In this document: piece by piece, positions 28,388-36,441 of the stretch
Position numbering within the stretch: the stretch's first letter is position 1
How the letters are laid out: each line of letters begins with the position of its first letter
Assembly: GCA_017991775.1 (NCBI GenBank)
Contig: JAGOPV010000004.1
Location: forward strand, 2,847-66,846
Length of the DNA stretch: 64,000 bases
Direction: 5' to 3'
Origin: Candidatus Levyibacteriota bacterium
Lineage (GTDB): Bacteria; Patescibacteriota; Microgenomatia; Levybacterales; UBA12049
Notes under the pieces: model-generated
Told to the model about the DNA's origin: nothing
Seen by the model: only the letters and a program-made list of their open reading frames with translations
Database searches by the model: none
Translations under genes and position numbers: made by a program

Positions 28388-30116
28388 ATGCTTGCACGCC
28401 TGGAGTCTTGAAGCGAAGCTCTAAAAGATGATTCCTTGTATTACCCTTCATATCCACAATGTCATAGAGCTTATCAGTAGAGACTGTCATGACTCCATCA
28501 GTTACGTCAAGTCCTGAGTGCTCTGGACTGATAACTTTCCCATCAATGAATACCTCGATCTTCCCGTCTACTGCTTGACCTTTTTTCAAAACAAGATAGA
28601 CATGTTCCCCAATAAAGTTATAAATGAGGGACGCATCATTACCGCTTTGCGAGAATTCATCCTGAACAGTCCAGTTACCAACGAATGAAAATTTATTCAG
28701 ACTAATGGTCTTGGGTCTCTCAAAATTTTGCTCACCAAGGTCTGCTTTTCCTCTTCCCTGAAGGTAAAGCATGCGTCCTGATCCTAGATATGTTTCTGGT
28801 GATGTCTGTGCTGTAGGAGTCTGATCACTCGTCTGAGAAATGCTCTCTTCGACGTCCTGTCCAGCCTCTTTGAGAAGTCCCTGAATAGCTTCTTCCATCT
28901 CATCGTACTTCCCTTCTCCAAAATGTGTCCTTCTGATGACTCCCTTGCTATCTATCAGGTACTCTGCAGGCCAATAAAGATTCTCATACGCATTCCATGT
29001 CGCAAAGTCATTGTCCTGTGCGACGGGATAATTGATCTTAAATTGCTTAATCGCATTTTGGACATTTGAAGTCTCTTTTTCGAATGCAAATTCTGGAGTG
29101 TGTACTCCTACGACCACAAAACCTTTATCTTTATACTTCTCATACCAACTTGTGACATGCGGCAACGTCCGAACACAGTTAATACAGGTGTATGTCCAAA
29201 CATCAACGAGCACAACTTTCCCCTTTAACTCCGCAAGCGTTAGGCTACTTTTGCCCTCAGGTAAGTTAAGCCATTTTGTAATTCCTACAAATTCTGGAGC
29301 TTTTTTATTTTCGTTATAAAGCGATGAGCTATTCTTAGTCGCAAAGCCCGAACTGTCGCCACGTAACTTGCGCAGCTCAGCGGTCACAGTGTCACTGGTC
29401 TCAAATCCGTTCAAAGCCGTAGCGAGCACTGGGAAGCGGTCAAGAAGCGCGATCTGGAGCTCTTTGTCTTTATTGGTATAGATTAGAAGAGCTGTAATAA
29501 TCATGATGACGCCAAAGACCTGCTGAATCCTGGCTGTATATTTATTAATCCCTCTTGCTTTCAACACGAATCGCTGTCCTCCGTAAGCAAATGCAAAAAG
29601 TGGTATTCCAACCCCTATGACATAGGCAAGTGTGACAAGTACAACTTGAATAGAGACATTACCAGTAGCTGCAAGTGCAGCAATCGACGCGAGAATTGGA
29701 CCTGCACATGGCGACCAGACAACGCCCAAAGAGAGTCCTGTCACAAATCCTGGGAGAAATTCATTCTGCTGTGCTTTGCCTGTCCTGTTAAAAATATTTG
29801 ATAGTCTCGATACGGCTAATTCGAACTTCACTGCTAGTGCAGGAACGACCATGGTCAGTCCCAAAAGAGCGATAATGATAACTGCGAAAAGCCTGATAAC
29901 ATTTGGATCAAGACCGAAAAGTGCGACAAGAGTTGAGACAGAAAGAGTAAAAATCAAAAAGCTAAGCATCACACCAATTGTGATTCCCAATGGCCTCTTA
30001 TGTCCGCCACCCCCCTGAATTGAAGAAGATAATACGATGGGCAGGACCGGCCAAATGCATGGAGCAAGAATAGTGACCAGTCCAGATAAAAATGCGAATG
30101 CAAGTAATAAAATCAT
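28368..30116 (-). CDS. CcdA/DsbD-like membrane thiol-disulfide transporter fused to TlpA-like thioredoxin and a C-terminal domain
   Basis: N-terminal DsbD_2 TM core with conserved Cys pairs, periplasmic thioredoxin fold with WTYTCINC active site. Confidence 0.75.
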   Translation of the reverse strand: MILLLAFAFLSGLVTILAPCIWPVLPIVLSSSIQGGGGHKRPLGITIGVMLSFLIFTLSVSTLVALFGLDPNVIRLFAVIIIALLGLTMVVPALAVKFELAVSRLSNIFNRTGKAQQNEFLPGFVTGLSLGVVWSPCAGPILASIAALAATGNVSIQVVLVTLAYVIGVGIPLFAFAYGGQRFVLKARGINKYTARIQQVFGVIMIITALLIYTNKDKELQIALLDRFPVLATALNGFETSDTVTAELRKLRGDSSGFATKNSSSLYNENKKAPEFVGITKWLNLPEGKSSLTLAELKGKVVLVDVWTYTCINCVRTLPHVTSWYEKYKDKGFVVVGVHTPEFAFEKETSNVQNAIKQFKINYPVAQDNDFATWNAYENLYWPAEYLIDSKGVIRRTHFGEGKYDEMEEAIQGLLKEAGQDVEESISQTSDQTPTAQTSPETYLGSGRMLYLQGRGKADLGEQNFERPKTISLNKFSFVGNWTVQDEFSQSGNDASLIYNFIGEHVYLVLKKGQAVDGKIEVFIDGKVISPEHSGLDVTDGVMTVSTDKLYDIVDMKGNTRNHLLELRFKTPGVQAFAFTFG

Positions 30117-30143
30117 AGTTATGTAATAAGTATATACCCTTTT

Positions 30144-30175
30144 GCTCTATCCACCAGGCGCCTGGCGGATAGAGC
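30144..30175. repeat. 32-nt near-perfect palindrome (GCTCTATCCACCAGGCG|CCTGGCGGATAGAGC)
   Basis: Read directly; lies between fasciclin gene stop and dsbD-like gene start; no adjacent T-tract. Confidence 0.8.
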
Positions 30176-30187
30176 CTCAATCCCCCA

Positions 30188-30775
30188 TTACTGAGGCATT
30201 AATACAGTATCAATAACGTGTGTCACGCCATTGGATGAGATAACATCAGCAATGTCAATCATAGCTGAATCGTTGATCCACCACTTACCATCTTTCATCG
30301 TGAAAGTAAGCATTTGACCGTTAACGGTCTTAAGAGTCATGCCTTCTGTTATATCAGAAGAGCGATATACTCCAGGAACAACGTGGTATGTCAAAATACT
30401 GGTAAGCTTAGCTTTATTCGCCGGCATTACGAGCGTATCAACTGTACCTGCTGGCAATTTAGCGAACGCTTCATTTGTTGGAGCGAAAACGGTAAATGGC
30501 CCGGTTCCCTTAAGAGTCTCAACGAGCCCTGCAGCCTTAACAGCAGCAACGAGCGTTGTGTGGTCATTTGAGCCTAATGCATTATCCACGATATCTTTAT
30601 CGGGAGTCATTAATGCTCCTCCAACCATAACTCCATCTTTATTCATGGAGTCATCTTGGGTAGTCATAGCTTTGTTCTCCATAGAGTTCTTTGTGTCACT
30701 TTTCATAGAAAAGACCATATAAGCTCCTCCAATTAGAACAACTGCTGCGATTATAATAAGAATCATTTTATTCAT
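30188..30775 (-). CDS. Fasciclin (FAS1) domain secreted protein
   Basis: TVFAPTNEAF and LTYHVVPG FAS1 motifs; N-terminal TM/signal. Confidence 0.8.
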   Translation of the reverse strand: MNKMILIIIAAVVLIGGAYMVFSMKSDTKNSMENKAMTTQDDSMNKDGVMVGGALMTPDKDIVDNALGSNDHTTLVAAVKAAGLVETLKGTGPFTVFAPTNEAFAKLPAGTVDTLVMPANKAKLTSILTYHVVPGVYRSSDITEGMTLKTVNGQMLTFTMKDGKWWINDSAMIDIADVISSNGVTHVIDTVLMPQ

Positions 30776-30816
30776 AATTTTTCACCTCCTTTCAATGTAG
30801 TTTACTAATATAATAT

Positions 30817-30840
30817 TTAACTTACTTAAGTATACTATAC
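30817..30840. promoter_or_regulatory. Candidate MarR operator copy 1 (TTTAACTTACTTAAGTATACTATAC) upstream of fasciclin gene
   Basis: About 24-nt block nearly identical to 31362-31389 upstream of marR; internal dyad AACTTAsTTAAGT. Confidence 0.5.
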
Positions 30841-30871
30841 AAAAAAACTGCACTGTCAAGAAAGAGTGTTC

Positions 30872-31339
30872 TTACACATTCGTATTCTTGACGATAGCAG
30901 TTAGCACTTTAAGATATATTAGAAGGTGTTCTCTACTCACGCCATCAAGCACTTGGGCCATCGCTTTTTTAACAAAAGGCTCAGCATCTTGAACAATCTC
31001 TGTACCACTTCTTGTTATAGTTATTATTTTCGCTCTCTCATCAATCTTATCTGCCTTGCGCAAAACATACCCTTTCTTCTCAAGTTGCTTAACAAGCTTG
31101 GTGACCATAGGAGGATCATAACTGAGGAGCTCTGCGAGCATGGAGAGTTTAACATCACCAAATTCATGAAGTTGACCTAAGAGCTTCCACTCTGGAATCG
31201 AGATGTTCATAGATGCAAGGGATCTATTTAAATGCGAATTTAGCCTGCTGTATGCTGTTCCCTGTAAAAGCCCTGCGCCATGTGCTGATAGCTGCATTGT
31301 CTTTGGATTAATGATCTTATCAAGTGATATATTTTCCAT
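30872..31339 (-). CDS. MarR-family transcriptional regulator
   Basis: Winged-helix MarR fold pattern. Confidence 0.8.
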   Translation of the reverse strand: MENISLDKIINPKTMQLSAHGAGLLQGTAYSRLNSHLNRSLASMNISIPEWKLLGQLHEFGDVKLSMLAELLSYDPPMVTKLVKQLEKKGYVLRKADKIDERAKIITITRSGTEIVQDAEPFVKKAMAQVLDGVSREHLLIYLKVLTAIVKNTNV

Positions 31340-31361
31340 TTTTATTTGCCTAACTAAATTA

Positions 31362-31389
31362 ATTAACTTAGTTAAGTATATTGTATAAC
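31362..31389. promoter_or_regulatory. Candidate MarR operator copy 2 (ATTAACTTAGTTAAGTATATTGTATAAC) upstream of marR
   Basis: Shares AACTTA(G/C)TTAAGTATA(T/C)T(G/A)TA(T/C)A with 30817-30840; overlaps the palindromic TTAACTAAATTAATTAACTTAGTTAA. Confidence 0.5.
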
Positions 31390-31458
31390 ACAGGGTTTTT
31401 TATGTCAAGCACCTTTGAGTAACTAGATCCTAGCGTCCAGCAGCTAGTAGCTTACTAG

Positions 31459-32964
31459 CTAGAATCCGGGGAAGTAATCGGAAATGATATTCTTACGCTG
31501 TACACCAACTGAAAGGAGCATGGCTTTATACCCCTCAACCATAGCATTTGGCCCTGAAAGGTAGTACATTCTCTTTGCAAAATTTGGGGTGTATTTTTTC
31601 AGCATATCTTTTGTGAGCCTTCCGCTCTCACCATGCACAGCTTCTCTTGTGGGAACATACATAGTCTTAAGTCCGTATGCCTCAGCCCTTGTAAAAATAT
31701 CTCTATAGACAAAGTCCTCCACAGTATTTGCAAAATAAAAAAGCGTGATATCTCTTTTCTCTTTTTTATCAATAAGGTATGCGGCCATACTCCTAAATGG
31801 TGTAATGCCAATTCCTCCTGCGATGAAGGTCATCTGAACTGTGGGGTCATTTGGGAGTGTAAAATCCCCGGCAAGCTGTGTCGCAATAATTCGAGCATCT
31901 TTGGTAAGTGAAAGTAGTTTCCTTTTAAAGCTACTGGATGATTCACTATCTACTCTAACTCCTAATTTAAGAGTCTCCTCAGTTGGAGATGAGGCTATAG
32001 TAAAAAAACGTCTTACTCCCCTGCTATCACTTTTAGGATGAGAAAGAGTCCATTCTAGATACTGCCCAGCTTTATATGTAAAACCCTTTGGCTTTATAAA
32101 AACGAATTCATAGATATTTGATGCTATTTTCTTAGAACTAATAACTGACAGAAATAGCTTATATTTTGGACCGACAAGATATGAATAAATATTACCAAGA
32201 ACAAGTGCTAACTCTGGCGAGGAATATATCGGCCCTAGCTCAAATCGAATACTAAAAAGCAATCCAACAAGAACCCCGTAGCTCATGTAGAGTTTTTTTG
32301 TTGGCGGCGTTGTCATTGGCTCGGTCAACATGATAGACCCAAAAAATAGTAACGGCCATGATGTAAGAATCAGAACAACCGATTCATTGATGGACACACC
32401 TTGTGCAATATTTAAAAAAGTTAGCACTGGAATAGCGATCAAGGCGAAAGAGAAGAAGAGATGAAATCTTCGTATCTTTCTAACGACCAAGAGACCAAAA
32501 CACAATGTAAATGGTAAAAGAGCAGCGCTCCCAACCCACCAGATAGCGTTCCCAAAACCAAATAGTCCAAGCAGAAAAAGCGAAATAGCCACAGGATTAA
32601 AAATATGCCTCTTGTTAATAGCCAGTAAATATTTGGATACTGAAGCAAGAACACCTGCAACAAACGTGATATACACATCTGTCATGCTTGCAATTGGTGC
32701 AAGGATGAGAAAGAGAATCATCCCTGTAATGATGTAAGATTCAACGTTAGTCGTCGCTTTGAAGAAACGAGCGAGTATCACATGTGAGACCCAAACTCCT
32801 GTCATCACAACAAAATAAGTCTCAATCATAGCAAAACCAGAATATGAGAGGACACCTAAGAAGCCAAAAAGTACTGAGATACAGGACAGGATCAGCAAGC
32901 CATGCATTACAAGCTTATACATCGTAATTTGATTCAGGAACGAGTCGATAAAAGACAGCCGCAT
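31459..32964 (-). CDS. Integral membrane oxidoreductase with C-terminal FNR-like FAD/NAD(P)-binding domain
   Basis: About 8 TM helices then RRFFTIASSP (FAD RxYS-like) and GGIGITPFRSM (NAD-binding GGxGxxP) motifs. Confidence 0.7.
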   Translation of the reverse strand: MRLSFIDSFLNQITMYKLVMHGLLILSCISVLFGFLGVLSYSGFAMIETYFVVMTGVWVSHVILARFFKATTNVESYIITGMILFLILAPIASMTDVYITFVAGVLASVSKYLLAINKRHIFNPVAISLFLLGLFGFGNAIWWVGSAALLPFTLCFGLLVVRKIRRFHLFFSFALIAIPVLTFLNIAQGVSINESVVLILTSWPLLFFGSIMLTEPMTTPPTKKLYMSYGVLVGLLFSIRFELGPIYSSPELALVLGNIYSYLVGPKYKLFLSVISSKKIASNIYEFVFIKPKGFTYKAGQYLEWTLSHPKSDSRGVRRFFTIASSPTEETLKLGVRVDSESSSSFKRKLLSLTKDARIIATQLAGDFTLPNDPTVQMTFIAGGIGITPFRSMAAYLIDKKEKRDITLFYFANTVEDFVYRDIFTRAEAYGLKTMYVPTREAVHGESGRLTKDMLKKYTPNFAKRMYYLSGPNAMVEGYKAMLLSVGVQRKNIISDYFPGF

Positions 32965-32965
32965 A

Positions 32966-33844
32966 TTATGTAGTATAGTAAAGTTCTCCTGGAAAGTCTG
33001 TGGACTTTTTGATACTAAAATCAGGATAAAGAAGGAGGTATGAGAATGAAAATTTTTCTTTCAAGCGATCTGGCTCTACTAAAAATAATGCAGTTGCAAG
33101 AGCATCGGCTGTGATCGCTCTATCAGCAATTACCCATGATGCCAAGATATGACTTGCAGATGAAAGTGTGCGAGGATCAAGAATATGATGGAATTTCCCC
33201 CATTTACGTCTATTACCAGCTGATGCACAGATGCTTTGATCTTTAAGCTGCACAACGCCAATTACCTGACTTAGGTCTTCGGGGTGCTCAAGTCCAATAC
33301 TCAGAGGGAATGATGGATTTTTATAGAGAAGATCTCCCCCTGCATCTATGCAGTATGAATGAATACCTTGCTCTTCAAGATAATTTGCAACCAGATCAAT
33401 GAGATGGCCTTTTCCAAGAGCACCAAAATCAAGCAGTGCGGGTTTTTTGAGAGTTAAGAGTGGAAAATCGTAGTCTATCGCCTCATCCCAGCCATAAGGC
33501 TTTTGTATTTCTTTTTCCCCAAAAGAATAGGAAGCGTCGTACCCGGCATCACTGATAACTGAGCCAATAAGCGGCGTCATTGCTCCATCTGTCAGATCAT
33601 ACATGGTTCTGTAGAGATCGAGCATTTCTTTCGCATCTTTATCTAAAGTGTATTCACCAGCCTTCTTTGACCATATTGTGACATCGGAATCAGCACGAAA
33701 CCGTGAGTACTTTTGATCAAAGCCCTCAACTAATTCAAGAATATGCTTTTCAAGAAAAGCGGCTACTCTCGGATCAAGACGTGGCAGATGATCTATCACC
33801 CACTTGGTACCTATCGCATCAAATACGAATTGGGATGAGCTCAT
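32966..33844 (-). CDS. apbE: ApbE-family FAD:protein FMN transferase
   Basis: ApbE-like sequence pattern through the core (DAGGDL...); located between FNR-like reductase and FMN-binding protein. Confidence 0.7.
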   Translation of the reverse strand: MSSSQFVFDAIGTKWVIDHLPRLDPRVAAFLEKHILELVEGFDQKYSRFRADSDVTIWSKKAGEYTLDKDAKEMLDLYRTMYDLTDGAMTPLIGSVISDAGYDASYSFGEKEIQKPYGWDEAIDYDFPLLTLKKPALLDFGALGKGHLIDLVANYLEEQGIHSYCIDAGGDLLYKNPSFPLSIGLEHPEDLSQVIGVVQLKDQSICASAGNRRKWGKFHHILDPRTLSSASHILASWVIADRAITADALATALFLVEPDRLKEKFSFSYLLLYPDFSIKKSTDFPGELYYTT

Positions 33845-34311
33845 GCTTTGGCTTCTGTTTTCACTTTCTCAAGTGCATCCATGAATCCTTTTGGAGTTAG
33901 AGAAGATCCAGCAACCTTGGTCAACTGTACTTCATCAATCTTTTTGCCAACAACCATCGGCTTAAATCCTTCTGCGAACTCCCCCTGGAATCTCTTTGAG
34001 GGTGCATCTGTGGCACTACCTTCAAAAGTTGAGTCAGTAACAACATCTCCTTGCAGCGTCACTGTAATATTTACCTCACGTGGGCCTCCTGGCGAAACGT
34101 AGTTACCAACGACACTATATGTACCATCTTTATAAATACCTGTAGTAGCAGAGTCTTGTGTTGGAGCCGTAGTCACCTGATCTGAAACTGCACCAGATGG
34201 GACAGTTGAAGATTTTTGAGTCGTATAGAAGAAAATCACTGCGACTGCAATGATTGCAACGACGGCAGCGGGAAGTACGAACTTCATCATAGAATTATTT
34301 TGTTCATCCAT
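33841..34311 (-). CDS. Membrane-anchored FMN-binding (FMN_bind) domain protein, probable flavinylation substrate
   Basis: TM anchor, FMN_bind-like domain with candidate flavinylation site KVAGSSLTPKGF. Confidence 0.6.
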   Translation of the reverse strand: MDEQNNSMMKFVLPAAVVAIIAVAVIFFYTTQKSSTVPSGAVSDQVTTAPTQDSATTGIYKDGTYSVVGNYVSPGGPREVNITVTLQGDVVTDSTFEGSATDAPSKRFQGEFAEGFKPMVVGKKIDEVQLTKVAGSSLTPKGFMDALEKVKTEAKA

Positions 34312-34555
34312 ATAAAATCACCCCCGTTAGAAGCTCTTGCTCTTTTTGTAAAGCAAAAAAGCTTAGAGATTCTTACGTCCCTCATAGTGAACTTTCGGCT
34401 GCATGGCTGTAAGCCTTGAGACGAACGTGAACGACGTGGGACCAAGCCTACTTAGAGTAGCGTAGATTCTTAAGATATCCTAAGCACTACTATATGTGAA
34501 GGTAGTATACAAACCATTTCGTCTTCGTGCAACTGAAAAAAACCTATAGGTTTGC

Positions 34556-34620
34556 TATAATCCCCTTGTTCATTGACACGTTAGGATCGAATCAGGCTAA
34601 CGCCTGGAAAGGACAGGACC
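34556..34620 (+). promoter_or_regulatory. Conserved promoter -10 (TATAAT) plus 5' leader, copy A of 3
   Basis: TATAAT 34556-34561 followed by CCCCTTGTTCATTGACACGTTAGGATCGAATCAGGCTAACGCCTGGAA, identical to copy B. Confidence 0.6.
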
Positions 34621-35088
34621 ATGATCTATCCATTGGTCTTAGTAGTCATCTTTGTTCTTGCCTTTGGCAAGCTCTTCAAGCATTCGAGCTTCAAAGATAT
34701 GACTACTCTTGCGAAAAAGATCTGCTCTTACAGCCTGGGAATTGTATTTGGTGGACTCCTAGGAGTCTTCGTTGGACTTCTTTTGGACAACATCTCCCCA
34801 GCAAGTGAGATTCGCAGCGTTCCCTACACACTAGATCAATTCTCCTCGCCTAAAGGAACGCTTGTTTTTGTGGGCGAGGAGTATGTCTGGTATCTGCTCA
34901 ATGGAGAGGAGAAAAAGACACATCTAAGTGCTGTCGAATTCGTTGAGGCCGACTCGGCAACACTTACCGTACAAGGAGAATACTGCATGCGAGACTTTTG
35001 GTCAATCCTGCTGCGAGGATTTTGTTTCGGCAACGAAACATTTGTCTTCGAAGTTCCACCAGAATCCATTCATCAATTCAAAACCTAA
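34621..35088 (+). CDS. Small membrane protein, array paralog 1 (2 TM + about 90-aa beta-rich C-domain)
   Basis: 155 aa; own promoter/leader and terminator; architecture shared with 35245 and 35886 ORFs. Confidence 0.6.
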   Translation: MIYPLVLVVIFVLAFGKLFKHSSFKDMTTLAKKICSYSLGIVFGGLLGVFVGLLLDNISPASEIRSVPYTLDQFSSPKGTLVFVGEEYVWYLLNGEEKKTHLSAVEFVEADSATLTVQGEYCMRDFWSILLRGFCFGNETFVFEVPPESIHQFKT

Positions 35089-35112
35089 CATCAATCAACC
35101 CAATAATCACAC

Positions 35113-35145
35113 CCCGTCCCGCTAAGCGGGACGGGGTTTTTCTTT
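35113..35145 (+). terminator. Rho-independent terminator (conserved module)
   Basis: CCCCGTCCCGCTAAGCGGGACGGGG hairpin then TTTTTCTTT. Confidence 0.8.
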
Positions 35146-35179
35146 ATCTCATCGCTTGTCCTACGCCTTCAGAATATAC

Positions 35180-35244
35180 TATAATCCCCTTGTTCATTGA
35201 CACGTTAGGATCGAATCAGGCTAACGCCTGGAAGGAGTACCAAA
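35180..35244 (+). promoter_or_regulatory. Conserved promoter -10 plus leader, copy B
   Basis: TTGTCC-18-TATAAT then leader identical to copy A over about 50 nt. Confidence 0.6.
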
Positions 35245-35739
35245 ATGATCAATATTCTTTTTGGAGCTAATCTCGGTGTGCTTTTTTGCATTTTCGCTAG
35301 GCTCTTTATCGGGCCTCATCCAGTAGATAATCGCGAGATTAAAGGTTTGGCAGTATTTGGAGCAATCATTGGAACTATTATCACCCTAGTTGCGTCACCA
35401 TGGATTCTGGATAGAGGACCAATGTCCAACGAATCCAAGATCTATCCCATATACCGCCTCCATGACCCCGCCAATGGTCCGTATCTCATCCTTCAACGGG
35501 ATGGCGAATATGTCGCAGACATCGACATAAAGGAAGGGGTCCAACTCGTTCCTATACCTACATTGACGAACTATCATCTCGAAGTGATAATTGCACCACG
35601 TGATGATGCGATCGCAATCGTATCAACAAATAGGTGCATTAACAGAATCACACTCTGGACAATCTGCTGGAGGAGCACCACGGAGGTCACCTATCGAATT
35701 CCGACTGGAACGCAACTTGACCTCCTCTCGTCAACCTAA
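35245..35739 (+). CDS. Small membrane protein, array paralog 2
   Basis: 164 aa; 2 TM + C-terminal domain; flanked by conserved promoter and terminator modules. Confidence 0.6.
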   Translation: MINILFGANLGVLFCIFARLFIGPHPVDNREIKGLAVFGAIIGTIITLVASPWILDRGPMSNESKIYPIYRLHDPANGPYLILQRDGEYVADIDIKEGVQLVPIPTLTNYHLEVIIAPRDDAIAIVSTNRCINRITLWTICWRSTTEVTYRIPTGTQLDLLSST

Positions 35740-35762
35740 CAATCAACATCTTTCATCCATAC

Positions 35763-35797
35763 CCCGTCTCGCATTATGCAGGCGGGGTTTTTCTTTA
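35763..35797 (+). terminator. Rho-independent terminator (diverged copy)
   Basis: CCCCGTCTCGCATTATGCAGGCGGGG hairpin then TTTTTCTTT. Confidence 0.7.
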
Positions 35798-35830
35798 TCT
35801 CATCGCTTGTCCTAAGCCTTCAGATTATTC

Positions 35831-35885
35831 TATAATCCCCTTGTTCATTGACAGATCGTTGCAAGTCACTTGAAGGGAGTAAAAA
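35831..35885 (+). promoter_or_regulatory. Conserved promoter -10 plus leader, copy C (3' half diverged, alternative hairpin CAAG-tca-CTTG)
   Basis: TATAATCCCCTTGTTCATTGACAG shared, then divergent. Confidence 0.5.
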
Positions 35886-36320
35886 ATGCTCTATCCTATC
35901 ATTGGCATAATCATAGGATTAGTCCTAGCATCAATTTCAAGCACACTGAGTGAAATTCTGGGCAAATGGCTAACCGTCCTCCTGTGCGTCGCCTGCACAT
36001 TTATTCTAGGTGCATATATTGGTACATATGCACCACATGATCAACGCAACAATGTATCTTATCTTTCTCCACATCCAATTTCCGAAAATACTCTTATCAT
36101 CTACAATCAGGGTGACGCCTGGTTGTTCATTGATGGAAAGCTTCGGACCATTGGGAGCGAGAAGGTCCATCTCAATCCAAAAACGGAAGGGGTTCTCATT
36201 GAATCCGAAAGAGGCTGCAATAGCAACTTCCTAACACTCTCCATCTGGAGTCTTTGCGACGGAAGTACTGAATTCAAAGTCGAAATTCCAGACGAGTCGG
36301 TGACATATTCACTCGAGTAA
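35886..36320 (+). CDS. Small membrane protein, array paralog 3
   Basis: 144 aa; 2 TM + C-terminal domain. Confidence 0.6.
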   Translation: MLYPIIGIIIGLVLASISSTLSEILGKWLTVLLCVACTFILGAYIGTYAPHDQRNNVSYLSPHPISENTLIIYNQGDAWLFIDGKLRTIGSEKVHLNPKTEGVLIESERGCNSNFLTLSIWSLCDGSTEFKVEIPDESVTYSLE

Positions 36321-36349
36321 TTTCTTTGGATTTCCCGACAACCAGCATC

Positions 36350-36378
36350 CCGTCCCGCTTAGCGGGACGGGGTTTTTC
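36350..36378 (+). terminator. Rho-independent terminator (conserved module)
   Basis: CCCGTCCCGCTTAGCGGGACGGGG + TTTTTCTTT. Confidence 0.8.
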
Positions 36379-36382
36379 TTTA

Positions 36383-36428
36383 GTTTCATTGGGGGTTCAA
36401 CCCCTAACTTGATACAAGGACAGGGGTT
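36383..36428. terminator. Second long hairpin (AGGGGTTCAACCCCT ... AGGGGTTGAACCCCT), likely terminator for convergent minus-strand gene
   Basis: Two 15-nt arms, exact reverse complements, 17-nt loop. Confidence 0.55.
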
Positions 36429-36441
36429 GAACCCCTGAAGA

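Noticed and set aside
34574-34579. TTGACA inside the conserved leaders (also 58639-58644, 59341-59346, 26660-26665) as a -35 box of a downstream promoter
   Set aside because: No acceptable -10 hexamer 16-19 nt downstream in any copy. Each instead sits 5-15 nt after a good -10 element, so it is treated as a leader/operator motif rather than a promoter.
34562-34620. Conserved leader as a known small riboswitch (preQ1, fluoride, guanidine-II/III, ZTP, TPP)
   Set aside because: It was compared by eye with the consensus cores of these classes with no convincing match. The third copy replaces the hairpin with an unrelated one, arguing against a ligand-binding aptamer. Left as an unknown leader pending cmscan.
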